34,823 nt of DNA from IMG/VR virus record IMGVR_UViG_3300031260_000115, positions 1 to 34,823 of that record, one strand, 5' to 3'. A program made the translations under genes and the position numbers. The notes below the pieces were generated by a model that was not told the DNA's origin, made no database searches, and worked only from the letters and a program-made list of their open reading frames with translations. This DNA is from a virus. Lineage: Duplodnaviria; Caudoviricetes. Of this stretch, positions 8,183 to 16,085 are shown one piece after another (the first letter of the stretch is position 1; each line of letters begins with the position of its first letter).

Positions 8183-8524
8183 ATGAATAAGGTGCAATAT
8201 AATTCGGAGCCGCAGCAGCTGCAGCGATACCCTGACGGATCGACCCGTTTCCGCTGGGACATTGAGGCGGTTACAAACGATGACGGCGATACGCTGTACG
8301 CCTGCTATGAGTGCGTGATCCACACCACGCCGACGCCTGACAACATCCTCCGCGCGGCGATCAATGCGATGTGGCCGCGTGATACCGAGGGCAAGCTGAC
8401 CAGCGACTACAACGCGGCTGTTGCCGGGATTCTGGACGAGTCGTACAAACAGCCGTACCTGGATTTTCTGACCGAACGCGGCGCTTTGAAGGTGACGATT
8501 AACGCTTATTTTCAGGGGGAGTAA
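8183..8524 (+). CDS. Hypothetical protein (possible tail-fibre chaperone)
   Basis: 113-aa ORF with a GGGGG-type RBS, in the operon after the DGR genes. Function is guessed from position only. Confidence 0.6.
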   Translation: MNKVQYNSEPQQLQRYPDGSTRFRWDIEAVTNDDGDTLYACYECVIHTTPTPDNILRAAINAMWPRDTEGKLTSDYNAAVAGILDESYKQPYLDFLTERGALKVTINAYFQGE

Positions 8525-8845
8525 ATGCCGGATTATATTGTTCCAGAGGAACTGCTGAAGAGACTGCTGAACGAGGCGGCGCAAACCGCGGTGAAGCAGT
8601 TTGACCTGGAACATCCCTGCCGGCTGTCGCCGGAAGAGCGCGGTGTGGTGCATTCGCTGCATGAGGCAATGGCGGAAGAGGGCGCGAATCACGGCACGAT
8701 TCGCGTAATTGTCCAAATCGGCAAATCATTTCAGGATGTTACGCGGAGTTTCCGACGAGCGTTCGTTGTTATCCTGATTCTGAGTGCCTTTGCGGTCGTC
8801 ATGCTGTTTTTCGGCCGGGAAGCGGCGCTGAAGTTTTTGAAGTGA
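8525..8845 (+). CDS. Membrane protein with one C-terminal TM helix, possible holin
   Basis: Hydrophobic stretch AFVVILILSAFAVVMLFFG preceded by basic residues, at the end of the late operon. Confidence 0.5.
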   Translation: MPDYIVPEELLKRLLNEAAQTAVKQFDLEHPCRLSPEERGVVHSLHEAMAEEGANHGTIRVIVQIGKSFQDVTRSFRRAFVVILILSAFAVVMLFFGREAALKFLK

Positions 8846-8847
8846 AA

Positions 8848-8973
8848 ATGGAAAACACCTGTCCAATGTGCGGGGGGAAGCTCGACACGGATTTTGTCTG
8901 TATCGAGTGCGGCGGGCGCTATCCGCCGACGTGGGTGGAGAAAGAAGAAAGGGGAAAAGAGGAGTTAAAATGA
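8848..8973 (+). CDS. 41-aa zinc-ribbon microprotein (not in ORF track)
   Basis: MENTCPMCGGKLDTDFVCIECGGRY… has two CxxC motifs. Its TGA overlaps the ATG at 8970. Confidence 0.6.
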   Translation: MENTCPMCGGKLDTDFVCIECGGRYPPTWVEKEERGKEELK

Positions 8974-9461
8974 AGAACATCATATTGATTATTTTCGTAT
9001 TGCCGCTGATCGGCTGTGCGTCGTTCTTCGACCACATAACGCCGGCTACTCTGCCTCCTGATGCGGTTGAGTACACGGGGGAAACGAACATGCCGGGCAA
9101 AGTGATCGGTTTGTTCAACACGAAGGCGCAGCTCGATGACCTGAATGCTGCCGTAACCGATACGCACAAGCGCGCGGTATTCGAATTCCAGCAGCAGGCG
9201 GATCGTGAGAATTTTGAGTTCGAAATCGTCTATGGAGACGTTATGCGGCAGGTGGAGATCGCGACGGCATTTCAGCAGGACACGGTTGTCCCGCTGTGGA
9301 ATAATGGGACCTCGCTTCTTACGGGTGCCCTCGGTCTCGGGGCCGGCGGGATATTCATCAAGCGCCCGGGCGACAAGACGAAGAAGGAAAATGAGGCCGA
9401 GGTGAAAGAGGCCGGTCTTTCCGACCCGGAAGAGTTCAAAAAGAAAATCTCGGCGGTTTAA
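8970..9461 (+). CDS. Lipoprotein with a C-terminal hydrophobic segment, possible unimolecular spanin
   Basis: MKNIILIIFVLPLIG-C lipobox signal, GAGGAG RBS, C-terminal LLTGALGLGAGGIFI followed by KR. Confidence 0.6.
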   Translation: MKNIILIIFVLPLIGCASFFDHITPATLPPDAVEYTGETNMPGKVIGLFNTKAQLDDLNAAVTDTHKRAVFEFQQQADRENFEFEIVYGDVMRQVEIATAFQQDTVVPLWNNGTSLLTGALGLGAGGIFIKRPGDKTKKENEAEVKEAGLSDPEEFKKKISAV

Positions 9462-9574
9462 TGAAACGGACGCTGCAGGGACTGCTCGAACGGCTGCGGG
9501 TGTGGCTGAGGGATGCGCTGTATCTGTGGCGTGACTGGTTGAAAACGGGATCATCTAAAAACCGTGAAAAGTAG
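9461..9574 (+). CDS. 37-aa cationic amphipathic peptide (not in ORF track)
   Basis: MKRTLQGLLERLRVWLRDALYLWRDWLKTGSSKNREK, net about +6. TAATG overlap with the upstream stop. Confidence 0.5.
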   Translation: MKRTLQGLLERLRVWLRDALYLWRDWLKTGSSKNREK

Positions 9575-9684
9575 CGTGTCGCAAATTGGCGCAATAGTAT
9601 TTTAAACCATACACATACCGTACACATTTGCTCTATAATCAAATAAAAATCCTTTAAATATTGGTTTTTATTCATGACAGCAAA

Positions 9685-9751
9685 CTCAACTGGATAGAGC
9701 ACCTGACTACGAATCAGGAGGTTACAGGTTCGACTCCTGTCGGGTGCACCA
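9685..9751 (+). tRNA. 3' 67 nt of tRNA-Arg(ACG): attP core fragment, not a complete tRNA
   Basis: Most of the D-arm CTCAACTGGATAGAG, anticodon arm CCTGA-CTACGAA-TCAGG (ACG at 9709-9711), T-arm ACAGG-TTCGACT-CCTGT, 3' CGGGTGC-A-CCA. The expected 5' acceptor strand GCACCCG is missing. Confidence 0.9.
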
Positions 9752-9758
9752 CTCTTAT

Positions 9759-9784
9759 AAACCCTGTTTTTACAGGGTTTTTTT
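9759..9784 (+). terminator. Intrinsic terminator after the tRNA fragment
   Basis: AAACCCTGT-TTTT-ACAGGGTTT followed by a T-run. Confidence 0.8.
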
Positions 9785-9878
9785 ATTATCCCGGCTTTTG
9801 ATGCGCCGCGTCTGTTTTTTTGTCTTTAGTTGGCGCAAGTTGCGGTTTACCGTACAGACTCCATACAAAGGAGCGGGC

Positions 9879-11084
9879 ATGAAGATTCCCTACGGTTATT
9901 TGTACAAGCGGGCCGGCGGCAAAAGATTCTCCAGGGACTCAAAAAGAGCGGCCATTTTCTATTTTTCGAATCCGGGCCCGGACGGCAGGGAGCATCCGGT
10001 GTCGCTGCGGACGACGGACCGTGAGACGGCGGAACTCCGGGCGGTCGAGATGTGCGGACGAATGAAGCTTACAAATGAAGAGGAGTGGCTGCACAGTCTT
10101 GTTGATCTCGGTCAGTGGGCGAAGGAACGGTTGTCCGGTGCAACGGTGTCAGTGGAATTTACGAAGGTATGGGCGGCATATACCGCATCCCGTCGCCGTC
10201 CGGCGAGCGGGGAGCGGACGCTGAAACATTACGGGGTGATCTGGACGCAGTTTACGAAATGGTGCAGAGGATGTTTCCAGACGCTGGAAGCCCTGGATGC
10301 GGGCACCTGCGAACGGTATGTGGCGCATCTGGAAAACCGGCTGAAAGAATCCAGTATTAAGAAGCATCTGGCGACGCTGAAGCTGATTTACCGGGTTGTA
10401 TGTCCGGATGCAGTGAATCCCTGGGACGGTCTGCAGATAATGAAGCAGAGCCGCACGGTGAAGAAGCGTGCGCTGGATCCGGATGAGGTGAAGCGGATTA
10501 TTGCGAGTTCACTGGCGTTTGAGGTGGTGGATAAGCGCTATACGGAGCGGCATGTGGTCAGTCCGCCGAATATCGGGAGGGAGTTTGCCGGTCTGCATCT
10601 GACGGGATACTGGACGGGCTTGCGGCTGTATGATGCTGTGCATCTGTGCGGGGAGCTGATTGACCGGAATCTGTGGGTCATCCGGATTGTGCCGAAGAAA
10701 ACCGGCCGCCGGAAAGTTGATCCGCTGGAGATTCCGGTTTCCGCGGAGCTGCAGGATTGGTTTGAGGAGTATGCACCGCTGCGCGGGCAGGTGTTCCCGC
10801 TGCTGACCGCATTATACGACGGGACGTCCGGGGGCAGGCTCAGCGAATATCTGGCGCAGATCTGGGCAGACGCCGCCGTGAAGGACGATGAACGCGGGAC
10901 GGCCAGTTTCCATTCCCTGCGTGTTACTTTCCAGTCGCTGAATGATGCCGCGGGCACGAGCAGGGTGTTTACACGGGCGGTGACAGGGCACAGCGGGGCG
11001 AAGATGAGCGATACCTACAGCCGGCAGAATACGGAAGCCGTGAGGACCGCGGTGGGGCGGGCGCTGCCGGAGGTGCTGAAATGA
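9879..11084 (+). CDS. int: Tyrosine recombinase / phage integrase (401 aa)
   Basis: Catalytic motifs TGLR, K (PKKTG), HSLR, GH, Y (SDTY). AAGGAG RBS before ATG 9879. Next to the tRNA core. Confidence 0.93.
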   Translation: MKIPYGYLYKRAGGKRFSRDSKRAAIFYFSNPGPDGREHPVSLRTTDRETAELRAVEMCGRMKLTNEEEWLHSLVDLGQWAKERLSGATVSVEFTKVWAAYTASRRRPASGERTLKHYGVIWTQFTKWCRGCFQTLEALDAGTCERYVAHLENRLKESSIKKHLATLKLIYRVVCPDAVNPWDGLQIMKQSRTVKKRALDPDEVKRIIASSLAFEVVDKRYTERHVVSPPNIGREFAGLHLTGYWTGLRLYDAVHLCGELIDRNLWVIRIVPKKTGRRKVDPLEIPVSAELQDWFEEYAPLRGQVFPLLTALYDGTSGGRLSEYLAQIWADAAVKDDERGTASFHSLRVTFQSLNDAAGTSRVFTRAVTGHSGAKMSDTYSRQNTEAVRTAVGRALPEVLK

Positions 11085-11088
11085 ATGT

Positions 11089-11331
11089 TCAATCGATCAT
11101 GGCTTCGACCATGGCGTCGCGAACGGCCTGCAGGCCGTCCTCTACATCATCGAGCAGGTCGAGGGTGTGTCCTGCGGCTTTCTGACGCATGCCGCTGACC
11201 TGTTCGAGCAGGTCGAGCAGTTCGTTCGCACCGGGACATTCGTCGCGCAGGTAGGCGTTCAGGCGCCGCCGCGCCTTTCCTTTGTTCCTGTATTTTTCGT
11301 TGATTTCGCGGATTGCCATTTTTGCCAGCAT
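11089..11331 (-). CDS. Hypothetical helical protein (80 aa)
   Basis: ORF with an AAGGA RBS, last gene of the leftward operon, converging on int. Confidence 0.6.
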   Translation of the reverse strand: MLAKMAIREINEKYRNKGKARRRLNAYLRDECPGANELLDLLEQVSGMRQKAAGHTLDLLDDVEDGLQAVRDAMVEAMID

Positions 11332-11399
11332 GGTCTATTTTCCTTTGATCGTTCCGACTGGAGCGCGGATTGAAATATTATTGTTTTTGCCGCTTGTTT

Positions 11400-12239
11400 T
11401 TAAATGTCATTTTTTCCTCCAACAAGCACAGGCTCGATCCAGATGAGTCTGTGTTTTCCTTCATCGCGTGGACCGATAGCCTGGTTGCGCCAGTGTCCTG
11501 ATCGCCAGTGCATGGAGGGTCCGGCGTGCGTTCCGCCGGCTGATCCGGAGCGGACGCTGCGGGCATAGCCGGAGCCGACGATCCACGGAAGCCACCAGTC
11601 GCGGGCATTCGGTTTTCCGGCTTTGGCGCGGGTTTTCAGCGCGCCGTCGGTGATGTCGCTGCGGGCAGTGATGTAGGCCATGATTTTGATGACGATGCCG
11701 GCCATGAGTCCGAGCTCGATCTGCACATCTGATTTGTCTCCGCCGTGCGGCATGTGCAGGTCTCCGGCCATGGCGTCGAGATCCGTCATTGACTGATGCA
11801 GCGCCAGGGAGCCTCCGTTGGAGAGTCCGCCGCAAAGGACAACGTTACGCTGTCCGCTGTGATCCACCTGGGAGACAATGACGCCGGTGAGGTCGCCGGA
11901 CTGCGGATCGGTCTGGATTCCGCCGCGCGGGAAAACGATAGCAAATGCGGGCAGCGGCCAGTGCAGATCGGCCATGTTCGCCCCTTCCAGGCGGGTACGC
12001 TGCAGGGAGCGCAGCAGGTCCGGTTCGACGGCATAGACGCGGGAGCCGAACCGGGCGAACGATACGGATGCCGCTTGCCAGAGCTGAGCGTTGTAGGGGT
12101 CGCCGTCGGTCTGGTTGGTGGCGGCATGTACGGCCAGTGCCTCGGGATCATGCGCCCATGCGGGCATGTTGTAGCGGCGGGGGAAGAGGGCGGAGATTTC
12201 CGCGGCCAGTTCGGATTTACATATTTTCAGCCAGTCCAT
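11400..12239 (-). CDS. Conserved phage hypothetical protein with a C-terminal HWRxGHWR…WIxP motif
   Basis: PSMHWRSGHWRNQAIG…LIWIEPVLVG matches a widespread, uncharacterised phage motif (recalled, not searched). Confidence 0.7.
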   Translation of the reverse strand: MDWLKICKSELAAEISALFPRRYNMPAWAHDPEALAVHAATNQTDGDPYNAQLWQAASVSFARFGSRVYAVEPDLLRSLQRTRLEGANMADLHWPLPAFAIVFPRGGIQTDPQSGDLTGVIVSQVDHSGQRNVVLCGGLSNGGSLALHQSMTDLDAMAGDLHMPHGGDKSDVQIELGLMAGIVIKIMAYITARSDITDGALKTRAKAGKPNARDWWLPWIVGSGYARSVRSGSAGGTHAGPSMHWRSGHWRNQAIGPRDEGKHRLIWIEPVLVGGKNDI

Positions 12240-12241
12240 GG

Positions 12242-12469
12242 TTATTTGTTCCGCCGCGCCGACCGTTTTTCTTCGCGGATTTTAACGGCATTTTCAGCCC
12301 GTGCGCGGCGCTGCTCTGGTGTCATAGCGGCGCTTTGTTTTTTGGCATTGATGCGATTGATCAAGCTGGAGATGCGTGCCCGGAACGTGCCGGAACGCTC
12401 GACATAGGTGAGGATGTCGCGCTCCGGTATGTTGATGGTCTGTCGGCATTTCGGGCAAGTGTGTTTCAT
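12242..12469 (-). CDS. Small basic protein with an N-terminal CxxC
   Basis: MKHTCPKC…MTPEQRRARA. ATGA overlap with the upstream gene. Confidence 0.65.
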   Translation of the reverse strand: MKHTCPKCRQTINIPERDILTYVERSGTFRARISSLINRINAKKQSAAMTPEQRRARAENAVKIREEKRSARRNK

Positions 12470-13272
12470 TTTGTGGCCTCATTCCATTTTTCCCATGCGG
12501 CGCGGTACTCCATGCACCGGTCGTATTCCTCGTCGGTTAGTGTGTATCTCACGTTATCAACGTAGTAATTCCAGCGTCCAGGAGCGCCGTAATATTTTCC
12601 GTTCCAATGGCCGCGATGCTGTTTGCGAGGGTGGCATTCCGGTTTTTCAGGTTTCGGTCCGGCGGTGATCTGCCGCACTGCACGCTCAGCATCTTTTTCG
12701 GCCTGTTGCTTAATGACTTCGCGAGCCATGGCGAGATCAATCGGATTAACGGACTGGTCTACCTTATCGGCAATTCCTCGTGTAGCCTCTTTTACTGACG
12801 CAGTAAGATCCTGTTCGTTAGTTTTTTTATTTATTTTTTTCGGCGGGAAAACGGCAAGGGCGATGAGGCCGATGATGTTGAGCAACGGGATTAAGAAGAG
12901 CAGAGAGCAGGCGGGATGGATGCCGATATCCCGCAGGCGGCCGATGATGACGCGGGCGAGCAGCAGGACGAGGATGAAACCAACGACGGTGAAGAGGATG
13001 GCGCCCATCTGGTCGGAGGGATGAAGCAGCTGTGTGATGAATGCCCAACCGGCGATGCAGATGACGGCGGTGAGGGCGAATTCCATGCGGGATGTTTTCC
13101 GCGGCGGCGGTTTGGATTCGGTTCTCGGTGATGTTTCCGGGGGGATGAGTTTGTTTTCGGACACGGCGGGCAGGTTTTTACGGGAAGGCAGGAGGATCGT
13201 CAACAAGATAAAGGCTATTCCGGTGGCGCCGATGAACAAGAGGACGATTCCGGTGATGACGTTGGGTTCCAT
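12466..13272 (-). CDS. Multi-pass membrane protein with a DUF805-like segment
   Basis: Several TM segments. GRLRDIGIHPACSLLFLIPLLNIIGLI resembles the DUF805 RRLHDxG…LIP motif. AAGGAG RBS. Confidence 0.72.
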   Translation of the reverse strand: MEPNVITGIVLLFIGATGIAFILLTILLPSRKNLPAVSENKLIPPETSPRTESKPPPRKTSRMEFALTAVICIAGWAFITQLLHPSDQMGAILFTVVGFILVLLLARVIIGRLRDIGIHPACSLLFLIPLLNIIGLIALAVFPPKKINKKTNEQDLTASVKEATRGIADKVDQSVNPIDLAMAREVIKQQAEKDAERAVRQITAGPKPEKPECHPRKQHRGHWNGKYYGAPGRWNYYVDNVRYTLTDEEYDRCMEYRAAWEKWNEATK

Positions 13273-13282
13273 GGAAGTCTCC

Positions 13283-13486
13283 TTACATCATGTTGTCGCC
13301 GAGCATGGAAAACAGAATGAGTATGCAAAGGACGATGACGACGGTGATACCGATTGAGACGGATTTTCTAAGGACTCGGTTTTCTATGTTCTGTATTCGC
13401 GGCTTAAGTTTTTCGAGCCGGTACCAGCCGAAGAGAGCCGCTACGACGATTGTTACGTTGAGCAGTATGTTAAGCAGTGTTTTCAT
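13283..13486 (-). CDS. Small two-TM membrane protein (start uncertain, 13486 or 13582)
   Basis: Two hydrophobic segments separated by a basic loop. Confidence 0.55.
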   Translation of the reverse strand: MKTLLNILLNVTIVVAALFGWYRLEKLKPRIQNIENRVLRKSVSIGITVVIVLCILILFSMLGDNMM

Positions 13487-13595
13487 GATTCTGATTTTTC
13501 CAATTAATCCATCAGAATAGATCCAGTTGAGTTTATAGTCAGAATAACAAGCTATAAAAAAAATGAAAATAATGTATTGCATTATTTTACAAACA

Positions 13596-13609
13596 GGTGT
13601 TTAGTCACC
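13596..13609. promoter_or_regulatory. Operator O1 GGTGTTTAGTCACC
   Basis: 12/14 match to the perfect palindrome GGTGTCTAGACACC. In the AT-rich divergent intergenic region. Confidence 0.7.
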
Positions 13610-13622
13610 GTGTTCAAAGGGA

Positions 13623-13805
13623 ATGAATATGCCAAATCAGAGAGCCAGTAAAAAACAAATGCTTGGGGTTTACCTTTCAAAAGAAGAATACGCTGCTCTG
13701 AAGCATATTGCTAAAGTTAAGAAAACAAACATGACTGAACTTGTGAAGCAATACATTTCCGAATATGCGGAGAAAAAAGATGAAAACACTGACAATAAAA
13801 ATTGA
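13623..13805 (+). CDS. Ribbon-helix-helix (CopG/Arc-like) regulator 1
   Basis: Strand MLGVYLS, helix KEEYAALKHIAK, turn, helix MTELVKQYISEY. Confidence 0.75.
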   Translation: MNMPNQRASKKQMLGVYLSKEEYAALKHIAKVKKTNMTELVKQYISEYAEKKDENTDNKN

Positions 13806-13971
13806 TGATGAGCTTCGCGGGAAGCTTGAGCAAGTCGCCGCCGCTGAACAGCGGACTCTTTCGAATACAGCACGTTTGGCGATTCGCGAAGGGATTGAAC
13901 GTTTTTTTTTGAACGAGGTGTCTAGTCACCCTAAAAATAAAAGAGCGCAATTTTTTGTACCGGGTGTCTAG
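13780..13971 (+). CDS. Ribbon-helix-helix (CopG/Arc-like) regulator 2
   Basis: Strand KTLTIKID, helix DELRGKLEQVAAAE, RTLS, helix NTARLAIREGIE. GGAG RBS. Confidence 0.8.
   Translation: MKTLTIKIDDELRGKLEQVAAAEQRTLSNTARLAIREGIERFFLNEVSSHPKNKRAQFFVPGV
13917..13930. promoter_or_regulatory. Operator O2 GGTGTCTAGTCACC
   Basis: 13/14 match to the palindrome. Confidence 0.72.
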
Positions 13972-13976
13972 ACACC
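13963..13976. promoter_or_regulatory. Operator O3 GGTGTCTAGACACC
   Basis: Perfect 14-bp palindrome just upstream of the rightward early operon. Confidence 0.75.
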
Positions 13977-14004
13977 TTTTGCAATAAACGGAAGGAGCTG
14001 ACGC

Positions 14005-14169
14005 GTGAACACATATCAGCGAACTGAACTGAAGTTTTTGAAATCGCTGGCGCGGGCAGGGGAGAAAGCCTGTGCGCGGCTTTCCGGCGGAGTGACGGGG
14101 TCAGAGGCAGGATGCCGGAGATTAGCAGTTGAAATTCATCGGTTAGAGGTCCCGGTTAGAGGTTTATGA
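14005..14169 (+). CDS. 54-aa hypothetical protein (not in ORF track)
   Basis: GTG start with an AAGGAG RBS. MNTYQRTELKFLKSLARA… Its stop overlaps the next ATG. Confidence 0.6.
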   Translation: MNTYQRTELKFLKSLARAGEKACARLSGGVTGSEAGCRRLAVEIHRLEVPVRGL

Positions 14170-14246
14170 TGAGCACATATAAGCGGATGGAACTGATTGC
14201 GGATATCGAATCGCTGGCGGCGGCATCGGAAGGGTATGCGGCATGA
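14166..14246 (+). CDS. 26-aa microprotein (not in ORF track)
   Basis: ATGA overlaps at both ends and an AGAGG RBS. Similar to the N-terminus of the preceding ORF. Confidence 0.5.
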   Translation: MMSTYKRMELIADIESLAAASEGYAA

Positions 14247-14590
14247 TTCTGGAAAGCACAAAGACCGCCGTGCTGGCGGTACTGGCGATTGATCCGGGAG
14301 TAGATGCCGGACTGAAGGCGGCGGTGGCGTCTGTTCTGACCGGCGGGTCGGCGAGAATTTCCGCTCCGCAGGCGGCCCGTCTGCTGGGAGTGAGCAAACG
14401 GACGCTGCTGCGCAATATTGCCGGCGGAAAGTGGCCGCTGGCGGTGGATTACGAGAACCGGACGCATTCTTTTTGTTACCGGGCCCAGGTGGAGGCGTTG
14501 CTGCACGGCGAAGAGGTCCCGGCGATTGAGGATCTGGGGGTTTCTCCGCGTCCGCAGCCTGCGATGAATTTTTGTCCGCAGGAGACTTGA
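14243..14590 (+). CDS. Excisionase-like / MerR-type HTH DNA-binding protein
   Basis: ISAPQAARLLGVSKRTLLRNIAGGKWP matches the HTH_17/Xis pattern. Confidence 0.72.
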   Translation: MILESTKTAVLAVLAIDPGVDAGLKAAVASVLTGGSARISAPQAARLLGVSKRTLLRNIAGGKWPLAVDYENRTHSFCYRAQVEALLHGEEVPAIEDLGVSPRPQPAMNFCPQET

Positions 14591-14592
14591 AT

Positions 14593-14748
14593 ATGAAACG
14601 GGTGTTTGACGGTGAAACAGCGGTGATGGTGGACGAGTGGCCGCGAAAGGTGCGGCCGCACATCGAGCCGCTGGAGGAACTGCCGCCTGCGGATGATTTT
14701 AAACGATGGATGGAAGAGCGGCGGCGGGATGCGGGGCGGAGAACGTAG
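14593..14748 (+). CDS. 51-aa hypothetical protein (not in ORF track)
   Basis: MKRVFDGETAVMVDEWP… AGGAG upstream. Fills the gap in the operon. Confidence 0.45.
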   Translation: MKRVFDGETAVMVDEWPRKVRPHIEPLEELPPADDFKRWMEERRRDAGRRT

Positions 14749-14787
14749 AACGTGGACTGTGGAGCGTGGAAGGTGCGGCTTAGATTT

Positions 14788-16035
14788 ATGCAGGCTGAGT
14801 TTGATTATCTGAATATGAAACGAACAGTTCCGCGTCCGCGGTGTAAGCGTGAAATTACAATCGATTTGTTCTGCGGCGGAGGCGGGGCCAGCATTGGAAT
14901 TGAGGCGGCGGTCGGAGTTCCGGTTGATGAGGCGATCAATCATTCGCGCGATGCGATTTATTATCACGAGCAGAATCATCCCTGCACCCATCATTTCCGA
15001 ACAGATGTTTTCGATGTGCATCCGCTGGCGGTGAGCAAGGGCCGTCCTGTGGGCCTGCTTTGGCTGTCGCCGGACTGCACTCATTTCAGCAAGAGCCGCG
15101 GAGGGAAACCGAAGAGCCGGAGGATCCGATCTTTAGCGACTGTCGGGCTGTGGTACGCCCGGGAAGTCAGACCGCGGATTATTATTCTGGAAAACATATC
15201 TGAATTCCGTACCTGGTGCCGACTGGATAAGCGGACCAACCAGCCTGATTTTCGCAAGAAAGGCGAGTGTTTCCACAAGTTTGTTCGGCGTTTGCGGCAG
15301 ATGGGTTACGTTGTTGAATGGCGCGTTTTAAAAGCCTGTGATTACGGCGCACCGACATCCCGCGAACGGCTGGTGCTGATTGCCCGGTGTGACGGCAAGC
15401 CGATTGTGTGGCCGCGCAAGACGCACGGGAAAGGCCGGAACAAAAAACCATACCGCACGGCGGCGGATTGCATTGATTTTTCGATTCCCACTGTTTCGAT
15501 TTTTGCGACGAAAGAAGGATGCAAGGCGGCGGGCATTCGGGCGGTTCGTCCGCTGGCGGATAAAACGATGGAACGAATTTTCAGGGGTATACGGCAGTTT
15601 GTAATCAATAATCAGGAACCATATTTTGTTTCATCGCCGACATCAGCCCTTTGCGCCGAGGTCAACCACCATGCCCTGGTGACTTCGCACCTGATGAGTT
15701 ATCACAGCCAGCAGGGAAAAGAGAGCCGTTGCTATCCGCATACCCAGCCGCTTCCGACAGTTGATGGATCAAACCGTTTCGCCGAGGTGCGGGCATTCCT
15801 GGTGAAATATTACGGATGCGGAACGGGGCAGAAACTGGATGCCCCGCTCGACACCATTACCGGGAACGACCGGTTTGCGTTGGTGACTGTCCGCGGAGAA
15901 CTCTACCGGATTGTTGACATCGGTCTGCGGATGATATCCGCCGGGAGCTGCGCGGAAAGAATCTGGCGTGCTGGTGTCCGTTGGACGGTCCGTGTCATGC
16001 AGATGTGCTGCTGGAGCTGGCAAGCAGGAAATTAA
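14788..16035 (+). pseudogene. C5 cytosine DNA methyltransferase, C-terminally truncated
   Basis: Motif I DLFCGGGG, IV SPDC, VI ENI, VIII RER. Similarity stops at DIGLRM (~15933) and motifs IX/X (E…QGF…GNSV) are absent. Confidence 0.75.
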
Positions 16036-16079
16036 CCACAAAGGGTATGAATATGGGAATCATCGAAAGAAAAGGATGA
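15933..16079 (+). pseudogene. C-terminal remnant of a DUF4326-like gene, in a different frame from the MTase
   Basis: Translates to DIRRELRGKNLACWCPLDGPCHADVLLELA…, the characteristic DUF4326 C-terminus. No N-terminal half. Confidence 0.75.
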
Positions 16080-16085
16080 GATGCG

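Larger units (their letters stand above)
9586..9867. mobile_element. attP: attP region: tRNA-derived core flanked by repeated arm-type-like sites
   Basis: CCRTACA pairs at 9607/9618 and 9850/9861 and TTGGCGCAA at 9586 and 9830 flank a tRNA 3' fragment. Adjacent to the integrase. Confidence 0.8.

Noticed and set aside
8868-8969. Upstream extension of the lipoprotein ORF (197-aa call)
   Set aside because: The signal peptide and RBS point to ATG 8970. The upstream DNA encodes the Zn-ribbon peptide in another frame.
9675-9751. Functional phage-encoded tRNA-Arg
   Set aside because: The 5' acceptor strand cannot pair with CGGGTGC. It is an attP fragment.
9744-9878. Longer integrase start from the ORF track
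   Set aside because: It overlaps the tRNA end and terminator. ATG 9879 has a clear AAGGAG RBS.
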